Shown here: positions 1 through 9,514 of the stretch, piece after piece | Position numbering within the stretch: position 1 is the first letter of the stretch | How the letters are laid out: every line of letters begins with the position of its first letter | Assembly (NCBI GenBank): GCA_016206175.1 | Contig: JACQSB010000017.1 | Coordinates: forward strand, 1-57,243 | DNA: 57,243 nucleotides | Reading direction: 5' to 3' | From: Candidatus Uhrbacteria bacterium | GTDB taxonomy: Bacteria > Patescibacteriota > Patescibacteriia > JACQRZ01 | Notes under the pieces: generated by a model | Database searches by the model: none | Told to the model about the DNA's origin: nothing | Seen by the model: the letters and a program-made list of their open reading frames with translations, nothing else | Position numbers and translations under genes: made by a program

Positions 1-34
1 ATCTTATGGATGGTCTTTTTCTTTCATTTTTTCT

Positions 35-109
35 TGGAGCGGGTAAGGGGAGTCGGACCCCTGTCTGGTCCTTGGCAAGGACCCATAATAGCCGTTATAC
101 GATACCCGC
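35..109 (-). tRNA. tRNA-Gly (anticodon GCC), 3' CCA encoded
   Basis: The reverse complement folds as a cloverleaf. Acceptor GCGGGTA/TACCCGC, anticodon stem GGTCC/GGACC with loop TTGCCAA, T-stem AGGGG/CCCCT, 3' T-CCA. The T-loop reads TCCGACT, which is non-canonical at position 55. Confidence 0.85.
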
Positions 110-115
110 AGATAT

Positions 116-586
116 TTAATAATGATACGGCCTTCCCTTGATAATTGTCAATGCTCTGTATAATTGCTCAAAAAGAAGAACTCGAGCGATCTGATGCGTA
201 AACGTCAGTGATGAAAGCGATAGGTCCAGTGCGGCTTCACGGCGGATTTGCTCGGACAATCCAAGCGGACCGCCGATTACAAAACAAAGATGCTCGCCGG
301 AGTTTGCGCGCTTGTCAATGGTGCGCGCAAACTCCTCCGATGACATCGCTTTGCCCGCAATGTCGAGCACGATAACAGAACTATCCTTGGGAATCGATTT
401 CATGATTGTGTCGGCTTCCCGCGCAAGGATACGCTCTTTGTCTGCTGCGGAACGAAAGGGTACTTCCCGCAATTCCTTGATTACAATTTTCGCATCGGAC
501 GCAAGCCGCTTCCGATATTCTTTTTCGGCTTCGCGCCAGTAAGACTCTTTCAGAGAACCGACGGCAATGATCGTGATCCGATACAT
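116..586 (-). CDS. rlmH: 23S rRNA (pseudouridine1915-N3)-methyltransferase RlmH (SPOUT)
   Basis: 156 aa. N-terminus MYRITIIAVGSLKESYWREAEKEYRKRL and C-terminal HQIARVLLFEQLYRA are typical of RlmH. ATG start. Confidence 0.85.
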   Translation of the reverse strand: MYRITIIAVGSLKESYWREAEKEYRKRLASDAKIVIKELREVPFRSAADKERILAREADTIMKSIPKDSSVIVLDIAGKAMSSEEFARTIDKRANSGEHLCFVIGGPLGLSEQIRREAALDLSLSSLTFTHQIARVLLFEQLYRALTIIKGRPYHY

Positions 587-588
587 GG

Positions 589-1200
589 TTAAGATATGAG
601 CACGGCGCGCGCGGGAGATCCGTCGATCGCTTGGAATGAGAGCGGCAGGCAGACAAGCTGATACGATCCCGCGCGTACTCCTTTCAGCTGCAATCCTTCG
701 AGAATCGGAATATTCCTTTTTAACAATGACGTGTGCGGACGAAGATCGGACCCCCCGCGCTTTTTTACGGAAAGCGCGTCAATGCCGAATAGCGCGATTC
801 CGCGCCGCGCAAGAAAGTCTGCCGCTTCACCGTCAAGATATACGTAATCGCTGTAAAAATTCTTGAATCCACGGGTTGAATTGCTCGTCTTTACCAAAAT
901 GCGCTCGCCTTTTTTTATATGGTACGGATTCAGATCCGCAACCGTAATTGCCTCTTTTACATTTGAAAAATCCAATACGCGCGCAGGTCCGACAAAGACA
1001 GAAAGCGGCAAACGGCTCAGCGGTTTTGCTTTTGGAGAAACGTGCGCGGGCGCATCGATATGCGTGCCGGTATGCGAGCCGAACGCAATCTCGGAGTGTA
1101 TCGAACTCGCTCCCTTGCGTTGCGTTATCTTCACTTCCGGATTGCCCGGGTACGTGATCATTCCTTCAAAAATCGGCAGGGATATGTCGATAATTTTCAT
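589..1200 (-). CDS. cyclase-family metal hydrolase (kynurenine formamidase-like, PF04199-type)
   Basis: 203 aa with the HTGTHIDAPAH motif. Its start overlaps the tal stop by 4 nt. Confidence 0.75.
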   Translation of the reverse strand: MKIIDISLPIFEGMITYPGNPEVKITQRKGASSIHSEIAFGSHTGTHIDAPAHVSPKAKPLSRLPLSVFVGPARVLDFSNVKEAITVADLNPYHIKKGERILVKTSNSTRGFKNFYSDYVYLDGEAADFLARRGIALFGIDALSVKKRGGSDLRPHTSLLKRNIPILEGLQLKGVRAGSYQLVCLPLSFQAIDGSPARAVLIS

Positions 1201-2060
1201 ACCAAAAGTGCGTTCCAGTCAGCGGCAAAACGGTCAATGCCTTTATCAGTAAGTTCATGAGTGATTGCAAACGATTTCCAATCAACAGCCAGATCAAGAG
1301 ATTCATATGGAATAGGCACGAGACCGTTTGGGTCATAGTGATACTTCGCGTCCGGAATCAACAATCCATTCTCCGCCCATTCATACAAAACTTTTGCCGG
1401 CGCGGTGATGATGTCTGATTCCAATGCAAGCGCAAACTGCAGATGTTCGATGGTCCGCACGCTTGCCGTCAACACTTCGACGTGGCCGTCTCCGACAGCA
1501 TACATATCCATGATGTTTTTTATCAGAGACATGCCGTTCTGTCCGCGATCATCAAGCCGTCCCACAAACGGGGAGACGAATACCTGCCCTTTATGCGCGC
1601 CGCGTGTTGCGGCATATACGGCTGCGGCTTGCGCTTGGGAAAACACAAGCGTCATGTTGACACGCATGCCTTCCTTGACTGACAGTTCGGCGGCTTCGAG
1701 CCCTGCTGCTGTTGTCGGATACTTGATGTGCGCATTGGGTATCCATGCATACATCTCTTTGCCTTGTACGAACATCCGCTGCGCAGTCGTGCCAGCGTCG
1801 GCATACACTTCGACAGAAACCGACCCATCCGGTACAAGCATAGAGACTTCCTGCACGATTCCTTTATAAAAATCCAACAACTCTTGCTTTGCAAATTTTT
1901 CTCCGCGATCAAGTCGCGCTTTCGCTTCAGGATTTTTTGCGACAAGCGAAGGATTCGTGGTCTGCCCGTCAAGAAAACCGAGCGCATCTTTCAATGCTTT
2001 TGTTTCCTCGGCATCACCGCCGTCAACAAAAATTCTACTTCCCAATTTTAGAGGACGCAT
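1197..2060 (-). CDS. tal: transaldolase
   Basis: 287 aa. Has the GQTTNPSLV motif and the FVSPFVGRLDD active-site region. Confidence 0.85.
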   Translation of the reverse strand: MRPLKLGSRIFVDGGDAEETKALKDALGFLDGQTTNPSLVAKNPEAKARLDRGEKFAKQELLDFYKGIVQEVSMLVPDGSVSVEVYADAGTTAQRMFVQGKEMYAWIPNAHIKYPTTAAGLEAAELSVKEGMRVNMTLVFSQAQAAAVYAATRGAHKGQVFVSPFVGRLDDRGQNGMSLIKNIMDMYAVGDGHVEVLTASVRTIEHLQFALALESDIITAPAKVLYEWAENGLLIPDAKYHYDPNGLVPIPYESLDLAVDWKSFAITHELTDKGIDRFAADWNALLV

Positions 2061-2072
2061 ATGCGTAATACA

Positions 2073-2324
2073 TTATTCACGTGGAGATAAATAAAACCCA
2101 TAGGGGTCGACGAAAGTATGATATTCGTCTCTGAGACGCTCCCAAAGATACACGGGTGGATGGAAGCATTTGATTTCAAGATAATATGGCTCAAACCCAT
2201 CGCCGCATAATTCTTTTTTACCCGGAACCGGAATATATGCCGCTAACACCAATACGATGCTCACACCGATTACTATAAGGATACCAATAAACTTCTTTTT
2301 CGATATGGTGCGAAACAGTTGCAT
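2073..2324 (-). CDS. small membrane-anchored hypothetical protein
   Basis: 83 aa with one N-terminal TM helix (FIGILIVIGVSIVLVLAAYI). Sits between tkt and tal in the same operon. Confidence 0.5.
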   Translation of the reverse strand: MQLFRTISKKKFIGILIVIGVSIVLVLAAYIPVPGKKELCGDGFEPYYLEIKCFHPPVYLWERLRDEYHTFVDPYGFYLSPRE

Positions 2325-2352
2325 AAGAAATGCTCGTGCCGTTATGACGGTA

Positions 2353-4206
2353 CTAGCGAGCGATCACCTCTCTGACTTTTTTAATTATAGCATCCTTATT
2401 GATCTCTTCGTACGCAAGCAATTCATCGGGCTTTCCGCTTTTTGGCATTTTCCGCACCGCGAGTGAGTATACATGCGCATCTGTATTAATTAATGCGGCG
2501 GAAACCTGCTCCCCTATTCCTCCTTCTTGATAATGGTCCTCCACGGTAATGAGAGCTTTGGTTTCAGACGCGCATTGTATAAGCGTGGCGCTATCCAATG
2601 GTTTCACACTGTACAAATCAACCACCCGAATCGATATGTTCTGTTTTTGCAATTCTTCATACGCCGCGAGCGCCTCATACAGCGTAACGCCGGCACCGAC
2701 TATCGTCACCACATCGTTATCAGATGATCGGAGTACTTTGGAGCCGCCAATAGGAAATACCTCATCAGGCCCGTACAAAAGTGGCGTGTCCTTACGCGTA
2801 GTACGGATATATACAATACCTCTGTGTTTTGCCGCCTCCTCTACAAGTCTCTCTGTCGCGTACGCATCGGAAGGGTAGAGCACAACGCTTCCAAGTAACG
2901 TACGAAACATTGCCAAATCTTCAAGCCCCATCTGTGATGCGCCATCTTCACCAATGGATACTCCCGCGTGCGATCCGACAAATTTTATATTCGCATCCGA
3001 GTATTGGCCCATACGGATCTGGTCATACGCGCGTGAAAAAAACGCAGCAAAGGTAGAGACAAAGGGAATTTTTCCCCTACGAGAAAATCCGAGCGCCACG
3101 CCAGCCATATTCTGCTCCATGATATACATTTCAAAAAATCGCTCCGGATATGCTTTCTTAAAAATTTCTGCGTAGGTAGAATTACTTACTTCAGCATCGA
3201 GTACAACGACATCTGGATATGCCGGATAAAGCCGCGCAAGCGCGTTACCGTACGCGCGACGACTCGCCACTGGTTTTGTTGCATCATACGATGGCGGAGG
3301 AACGTCTGTTTTCTGTTTCTCCCCTAATTCCTGATTCTTCATTCCTGATTCCGTCTTTTCCGGCTGTGCCACTGTCCCACGCGCCGACCGATTGATTTCC
3401 CCCAATTCCACAATCGCACTTTCATACTCCTCCTGCGGCAACGCTTTCCCGTGCCATCCATCCTTATCTTCTATAAAAGATACTCCCTTGCCCTTGAGCG
3501 TTTTTGCAATAATCATCGTCGGCTTATCTTTGACGCCAAGAGCGTATTCGTATGCTTTCGTAATTTCTTCGAGATTATGTCCGTCAATCACGCGCACTTC
3601 CCATCCAAATGCTTTCGCGCGCGCTTCATATATATTCAAATCGTGTCCGTACATTGTCTCGCCTCGCTGCCCCAAACGATTCACGTCTAGAATCGCAATA
3701 AGATTATCGAGTTTGTAGTAGGAAGCTGACTGCATTGCTTCCCATACGGAACCCTCCGACATTTCGCTATCACCAAGCAACACATACGTGCGATAGGAAA
3801 GCTTGTCGACATACTTTGCGTTCAATGCCATACCCACACCGATCGAAAGTCCTTGACCCAACGATCCCGTAGCGGCTTCTGTATAGGGAAAAGCAAGTGT
3901 CGGATGGCCCTCAAGCGGGCTTCCGAACATTCGCAGCGAGTCAAGCTCTTCTTCGCTTACCTTTCCTGCCGCTGCATACAGCGCATAGAGAAGGGGTGAC
4001 GCGTGACCTTTGGAAAAAATCAAACGGTCATTGTTAGGATATTCCGGATGATCGAGGTCAGCATGAAATACTCGGCCAAAAAGCAATCCAACCATCAAAT
4101 CAGTGGCAGATAAACTGGTGCTTGGGTGCCCCGACCCTGCTTTTGTGGTCGAACGAAGAATATAATACCTGACGAGTGTTGCGAGTTGCGAGAGAGATAT
4201 TTCCAT
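2353..4206 (-). CDS. tkt: transketolase, single-chain (N- and C-modules of the split type joined by a linker)
   Basis: 617 aa. TPP-binding GSGHPSTSLS and GDSEMSEGSVWEA motifs are followed by a low-complexity linker, then a pyrimidine-binding module (EQNMAGVALG). Confidence 0.9.
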   Translation of the reverse strand: MEISLSQLATLVRYYILRSTTKAGSGHPSTSLSATDLMVGLLFGRVFHADLDHPEYPNNDRLIFSKGHASPLLYALYAAAGKVSEEELDSLRMFGSPLEGHPTLAFPYTEAATGSLGQGLSIGVGMALNAKYVDKLSYRTYVLLGDSEMSEGSVWEAMQSASYYKLDNLIAILDVNRLGQRGETMYGHDLNIYEARAKAFGWEVRVIDGHNLEEITKAYEYALGVKDKPTMIIAKTLKGKGVSFIEDKDGWHGKALPQEEYESAIVELGEINRSARGTVAQPEKTESGMKNQELGEKQKTDVPPPSYDATKPVASRRAYGNALARLYPAYPDVVVLDAEVSNSTYAEIFKKAYPERFFEMYIMEQNMAGVALGFSRRGKIPFVSTFAAFFSRAYDQIRMGQYSDANIKFVGSHAGVSIGEDGASQMGLEDLAMFRTLLGSVVLYPSDAYATERLVEEAAKHRGIVYIRTTRKDTPLLYGPDEVFPIGGSKVLRSSDNDVVTIVGAGVTLYEALAAYEELQKQNISIRVVDLYSVKPLDSATLIQCASETKALITVEDHYQEGGIGEQVSAALINTDAHVYSLAVRKMPKSGKPDELLAYEEINKDAIIKKVREVIAR

Positions 4207-4249
4207 AGTATATCCAGTGTGCCGATCGATACTCTCTTTGTCAAATCAC

Positions 4250-5689
4250 TCAAGGATGAAGTGTCACTCGCTCTGTGGGACCATCTGTTCCCTTCTGATA
4301 GTGAAGCATCGGCTGCCCTGCTTTTTTCCATGAACGAAGCACATTGTCCACAAAACGCCAACTTGCCATGATCTCCGACGTACTAACAAAGAGGGTTTGA
4401 TTCCCCTGTAATACATCGAGCAGTAATTTTTCGTACGGTCCGATAAACTCTGTGTCCGGATATGCCTGTTTGTAATCAAATACAAAATCGTTTTCTTCAA
4501 TCTTCATTTCAGTGCCGGGACGCTTTACCCAAAATGACATTGAAATGCGCTCTTGTGGCTGCACCTGATACCGCAATACATTATGAAAATGCGTGGAGCC
4601 CGGACACAGGCATGGCGAGGGGTGGCGAAATCGGACAGAAATTTTTGCGATCGCATCCTTCAGCGCTTTGCCATTCTCCAGAATGATCGGCACGCCGCGC
4701 CATCGCTGCGTATTAAGATGTGCCCGTATCATATAATATGTTTCTGTTTGAGAATCAGGAGCTACGTTTTTTTCTTGTGTATAGCCATCATATTGCGCGT
4801 GGATCGAATGCTTACTGACGGTGCGCGCCGTAAACGGTTTCAATGCCCGTAACACCTCTGCTCGCTTTGCGCGGATTGTATCCGCCGCAAAATCCTTCGG
4901 CGTATCCATGGTAAAAAGCGCAAGGAGCTGCAGCATATGGTTTTGCCCCATATCGCGTAGCAGTCCAACGCCATCAAATAATTCTCCCCTACCTTCAATG
5001 CCAATCTGTTCAGATATTTTTATGTGGATGCGTTCGATGAAATCCTTGCTCCACGCATGCTCTAAAAAGGAATTTGAAAAACGAAATGCAAGAATGTTTT
5101 GCACTGTTTCTTTCCCAAGATAGTGGTCGATACGATACACTTGATCTTCCTTAAATAATGTTCCTAACAAGGCATCAAGTTTTTCTGCAGTTTTCAAGTC
5201 TTTGCCAAACGGCTTTTCTACAATGAGGCGTGTCCACCCCGCTTCCTCACTGTGGCCAACAGCAAGATGGGAGTCAGATAAATGATGAAAAATCGTCTTG
5301 TAGTATTCCGGCGGAACAGCAAGGTAAAAAATTTTATTTGCACACGTACGCCATTCTTTGTCGCGTACGCCGAGGCGGCTTGCTAATTTTTCATACCCAT
5401 CTGCCGTATCAAACATGCCTTGGCTATAGCTAAAAAGATGCAGAAAAGGGTGCAGAACGCCTTGGGCTGTATCCGGTAAACGTTCAATAAGGCTCGCGGC
5501 AACCATATCGCGAAACTCCTTATCTCCCCAGTCCCGTCGGGAATAACCGATGATGTGAAACAACGGTGGAAGCAATTTGCGTTGATACAGCTGATACAAC
5601 GAAGGGATCAACTTACGACGCATGAGATCGCCCGTTGCGCCAAATACGATAAAGATGGTCGGCGTAGTTGTCTTTGAGTAATCAATCAT
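4250..5689 (-). CDS. zwf: glucose-6-phosphate 1-dehydrogenase
   Basis: 479 aa with FGATGDLMRRKL (NADP site), EKPFGKDL and RIDHYLGKE motifs. Confidence 0.9.
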   Translation of the reverse strand: MIDYSKTTTPTIFIVFGATGDLMRRKLIPSLYQLYQRKLLPPLFHIIGYSRRDWGDKEFRDMVAASLIERLPDTAQGVLHPFLHLFSYSQGMFDTADGYEKLASRLGVRDKEWRTCANKIFYLAVPPEYYKTIFHHLSDSHLAVGHSEEAGWTRLIVEKPFGKDLKTAEKLDALLGTLFKEDQVYRIDHYLGKETVQNILAFRFSNSFLEHAWSKDFIERIHIKISEQIGIEGRGELFDGVGLLRDMGQNHMLQLLALFTMDTPKDFAADTIRAKRAEVLRALKPFTARTVSKHSIHAQYDGYTQEKNVAPDSQTETYYMIRAHLNTQRWRGVPIILENGKALKDAIAKISVRFRHPSPCLCPGSTHFHNVLRYQVQPQERISMSFWVKRPGTEMKIEENDFVFDYKQAYPDTEFIGPYEKLLLDVLQGNQTLFVSTSEIMASWRFVDNVLRSWKKAGQPMLHYQKGTDGPTERVTLHP

Positions 5690-6296
5690 GGGACATCGTA
5701 TTGGCGGTAAAAGCCTGTACGCGTTTTAAGAGAGTACGAAAATAATCAATTCCTTTTTCACCTTTTTTTACTTTGAGAAATGGAAAGCCGATTGCACGCG
5801 CAGATGCGTACACGGCGCGCGAATCATCAATCATGAGAATCCTGCCGCGATACGTACGGTACAACCGTTCAAGGAGCGCGTATTTGGCTTTTTCTGGCGT
5901 GACGGAGATGGAAGTAAAATATTTCTCAAGGTCTGCATATCGCAACTTTTCTTTTTGATAGCGCGCATCGCCGTGTGTCACTAAATAGAGTGGCGCGATT
6001 CTCTGTGCTTTGCTAAGAAAAAAACGGACACCGGGAAATACGTATTGGTCCGAAGCGCGAACGAGTGCGACAATCTCGGCAAGCAGAGATCGTGAATCTG
6101 CACGAGAAAGCCCGAGGTGCGCAACATACCGCGATGGCGTAAAACGTTGCGCTACCGCTGCGCGGTATGCTTCTTTTGCGCGAGCACGCGTCACTCCATA
6201 CGAACGAGAGTGCGCATACACATCTTCTCGGATACGTAAGGTATCCAGAAGGGTGTGGTCAAGATCAATGCAAATTGGAGTGATATTTCTACTCAT
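5682..6296 (-). CDS. HAD-superfamily hydrolase
   Basis: DLDHTLLD motif I and MIDDS motif IV-like. I chose the ATG at 6296, preceded by AAGGAG, rather than the longer ORF. The CDS overlaps zwf by 8 nt and the upstream gene's stop by 8 nt. Confidence 0.65.
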   Translation of the reverse strand: MSRNITPICIDLDHTLLDTLRIREDVYAHSRSYGVTRARAKEAYRAAVAQRFTPSRYVAHLGLSRADSRSLLAEIVALVRASDQYVFPGVRFFLSKAQRIAPLYLVTHGDARYQKEKLRYADLEKYFTSISVTPEKAKYALLERLYRTYRGRILMIDDSRAVYASARAIGFPFLKVKKGEKGIDYFRTLLKRVQAFTANTMSHD

Positions 6297-9200
6297 TTTT
6301 TCTCCTTTGGTAGTATTGGAAAAAGAGACCGCCGGATACAGCCGCAAGCGCGACTAAAGCGGCAACGCCATACGATTGCCAAGGAGTATGGTCGGAAACG
6401 ATGGTGTACTCCGCGTCTTGCGCCACCTCAACGCGGCGCGAACCAGTGACAACGATATCGGCAGCCGTGCGAGGCAAGATGCGATATCCGCTTGCAGTTT
6501 TACTAACTATGCCGTTTACGTCAACCAGCTGCCCTTTCTGCAAATCCATTTTCTCAATACCGGTAGACTTTTTTATGTATGCACGGATTTCTCCGGTAGT
6601 ATCTTTCAGGTAGATATTGGGCCATCGTGCTTGCGTCACCTCTCCGGACACGGCTACAAATGCATTGAGAGTCTCATCCGTCACTGACTGCATTGAAAGC
6701 TGTGCGGGCTCCACTGCTGCAACATCTGCATCCGGCACTGCGCGCACACTTCCCTCCGGTCCAAAAGAAACTGCCGGTCCGCTCACATACTTTTTTAATG
6801 AACCGTGAACCTCCACCTGATCACCGAAAGAAAAGAACGGCAAAGCATTCTTTGTATTCCTTACCAGCATACCATTTTCCCCATCACTGATATAGAGCTC
6901 CTTAGAATCAAATACCCCGGGCGGCACCGTTACCGTCCCACGTACTGTTATCCACGTATTCTGTTTGATCTCACGTAACCGATCAAAGTTGGCTGTGGCA
7001 AATTCAAGAGCTGTTTTGTTGCCAGCAGCGCCAGATGATTGTTGTTTGTTGCGTGCTGCGGATGGTGCGTTTTCATTGCTTGCATATATTTTCTTTTTTT
7101 CCTCTATGAATACATTTTGTGATCCTTTAGAAACCGTAGGAGTCCAGATCCAATCGTTTGCTGTCCGGCGCGAGAAACTTTCGCCCTCCGGCGATGCTTC
7201 GTAATCAATACTGTCGATGAGTGTACCGTGCTGATCGCGCAGTACAATTTCATCGCCGCTATTGCGCAGGACAATGCTATCCCCGCTTGCCGGAATGGTA
7301 AAAAAACCACGTCCTTTCAGCACGCTTCCTTGCGAAATCGTATGACGACTCTTCCCTCCTTGCAGTTCGATAAGCCATTGCGAAATCTCAACCGCGACAT
7401 CGCTACTATTATACAATTCAATGAATTCTTGTCCGCGATCACGACCCGAAGGATTTGGTAATAGCTCGTTCAATACGACTGCGGGTGATGTTGTTGCTGT
7501 AGATGCGGCAAGCGATTCATTGAAAGGAACGTTCTGCGATTTTTTCTGATCTACGACTGACGGGATGGACGACGCTTGTACGGTGGACGAGCCAGAGATG
7601 GTAATATGGCTTGTCTGTATTTTCTCATGCGAACCTGCGCGTACGGTAAGTATTACTTCGTAGATCCCTGCGGCATGATACGTATGGGTTACGGAAAACG
7701 GCGCATTGACCTTTTGTGAGTCGTCACCGAAATCCCACTCGAATGAGAGCGGATCATTGTCCGAATCACGCGTATCGCTTGCATCAAAAATAATCTCTTC
7801 GCCAATCATTCCCTGTAATGGCACAAAAAGCGCTACGTACGGCGGTTCATTTGCTTTTGTCAGTTTATTTGCTTCGCCAGAAGTAGGGGTATCCGTCCAT
7901 GTATATCCACCGTCATCGAATCTTGCATAACTTTTATTGGGCGGGGCATCGATTTTATAGGAAAGAGTAGCAGATGCCTTTTCTTTGCTTGGTTCATATA
8001 ATGCAACTGCTTCGCCGCCGCGATTGCGCAATGCAATCGTACTGACAGAACGCGGAATGACAAAATAGCCCCCTGCCACTACAGAAGTTGATGATGCGGT
8101 TTTACCAGATACAACGTATGACACGTTGCCTGCCACGATACGCCAGCCATCGAGATCGATTGCTTTGTCTCCTTTGTTGTAGAGCTCGATGAATTCCTGT
8201 CTTGTCTCTGTTGCCGGAAAAGGATAAGGAAACAACTCGGAGATGATGATGGAAGATGTTGTTGGTTTTTTTTCGGAAGTATTTTTTTCAGCAATCAAGA
8301 TATTCGACTCCCCTTTGGTTGGTTTTTCCGTTATCTTAAAATCAGTGGCGCTGTAAAAACTATTGTATCCGTCAGGAAAACGCGCGACAGAAGCGGGGTC
8401 TTGTGCGCGCGGGGCATTATTCTCTATCACTCCGTCATCCCAGTCGCCATAGCTCACGCTATCAATTTCAACTCCATCTGCGTTGCGAAGCGTTATCGAA
8501 TCTCCGGTATTATTGAGAATGGCGTTTGATATTTCAAAAACGGCAAATCGAGCGCTGCCGCTCACGCCAAGAATCCCCTTGAGCGCAATGCCGTTTCTCG
8601 ACCCGTCCTCTAACATCCATCCTGTCAGATTGATCGAGACCGGGCTGTTATTATAAAGCTCAATCCATTCTTTGGGGCTATCGCCGGGATCAGCAACAAA
8701 TTCATTGATTACGACATCTCCGCGAGATGGCTTCCAGGAAGAATTGATTTTCGGCGCAGTGGGCGGTTGCTGACTTTGGGATTGTTGCGGTTGTGTTTCA
8801 TTTTGCGGTATCGTCGGTGCTGTTTGCTCGGCAGGAGGGGGTGGAGTTGATTGTTGTGTTGGAGCGACGTATCCGCTCCCGATCGTATTCGTATCTGCCG
8901 CCGACTCTTTCCAATTTGCGGCTGTGTAATCTTTTGCTGACGCAACAACGCGTTGGAGAGATCCATCGGTAGCAGGAAGATAGGTAAATTGTTCTACGAT
9001 TGATCCATCGCCGGCTACCAGCGCTATTGACTCCCCGTCCTCATGCAATGTCTGCCACGAACTGTCGATCAGGGTGCCAGAAAACGACGGATAATCTCCT
9101 GCGGTATTGGCTGCCACATCCGCGATCACCGCGTACTCGCCAGGATCGATCACGAGATCTCCACGAAACGCATTCAATTTATGATTGGTTCCATCTTCAA

Positions 9201-9396
9201 AAAATTTCCAACCAGTACTATCTACGGGAGCGCTTCCTTTATTATATATCTCAATCCATTCATGGTCTGATTTTTCATATGCCGCTATTTCGGTAATGAC
9301 GATGTCGGTATCTGCGGCAAGCGCCAGATGCGGAAAAAATAAAAAACCAAAAATACTTCCGCATAATACGGAGACGTAACAATATACTCCTCTCAT
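6289..9396 (-). CDS. secreted, C-terminally membrane-anchored protein with four lamin-tail domains, one PKD domain and two OB-fold-like modules
   Basis: 1035 aa. Signal peptide present. Four LTD-like repeats of the I(T/N)E..-EWIE(I/L)YN...GW type. A PKD signature (FEWDFGDD...THTY). OB-like segments similar to those in ExeM/NucH-type proteins. C-terminal TM helix followed by RRKNE. Confidence 0.7.
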   Translation of the reverse strand: MRGVYCYVSVLCGSIFGFLFFPHLALAADTDIVITEIAAYEKSDHEWIEIYNKGSAPVDSTGWKFFEDGTNHKLNAFRGDLVIDPGEYAVIADVAANTAGDYPSFSGTLIDSSWQTLHEDGESIALVAGDGSIVEQFTYLPATDGSLQRVVASAKDYTAANWKESAADTNTIGSGYVAPTQQSTPPPPAEQTAPTIPQNETQPQQSQSQQPPTAPKINSSWKPSRGDVVINEFVADPGDSPKEWIELYNNSPVSINLTGWMLEDGSRNGIALKGILGVSGSARFAVFEISNAILNNTGDSITLRNADGVEIDSVSYGDWDDGVIENNAPRAQDPASVARFPDGYNSFYSATDFKITEKPTKGESNILIAEKNTSEKKPTTSSIIISELFPYPFPATETRQEFIELYNKGDKAIDLDGWRIVAGNVSYVVSGKTASSTSVVAGGYFVIPRSVSTIALRNRGGEAVALYEPSKEKASATLSYKIDAPPNKSYARFDDGGYTWTDTPTSGEANKLTKANEPPYVALFVPLQGMIGEEIIFDASDTRDSDNDPLSFEWDFGDDSQKVNAPFSVTHTYHAAGIYEVILTVRAGSHEKIQTSHITISGSSTVQASSIPSVVDQKKSQNVPFNESLAASTATTSPAVVLNELLPNPSGRDRGQEFIELYNSSDVAVEISQWLIELQGGKSRHTISQGSVLKGRGFFTIPASGDSIVLRNSGDEIVLRDQHGTLIDSIDYEASPEGESFSRRTANDWIWTPTVSKGSQNVFIEEKKKIYASNENAPSAARNKQQSSGAAGNKTALEFATANFDRLREIKQNTWITVRGTVTVPPGVFDSKELYISDGENGMLVRNTKNALPFFSFGDQVEVHGSLKKYVSGPAVSFGPEGSVRAVPDADVAAVEPAQLSMQSVTDETLNAFVAVSGEVTQARWPNIYLKDTTGEIRAYIKKSTGIEKMDLQKGQLVDVNGIVSKTASGYRILPRTAADIVVTGSRRVEVAQDAEYTIVSDHTPWQSYGVAALVALAAVSGGLFFQYYQRRKNE

Positions 9397-9514
9397 ATGC
9401 GAGAGAGTATAGCAATAAATCTTAAAACTTTCTATGCGTGGTGTCGTCGCGCCTGTCGATTTTCAACAAAAACCTCACTTTGCTGTGTGCGAAAGATAAT
9501 TCGAAGTTTGCCCT

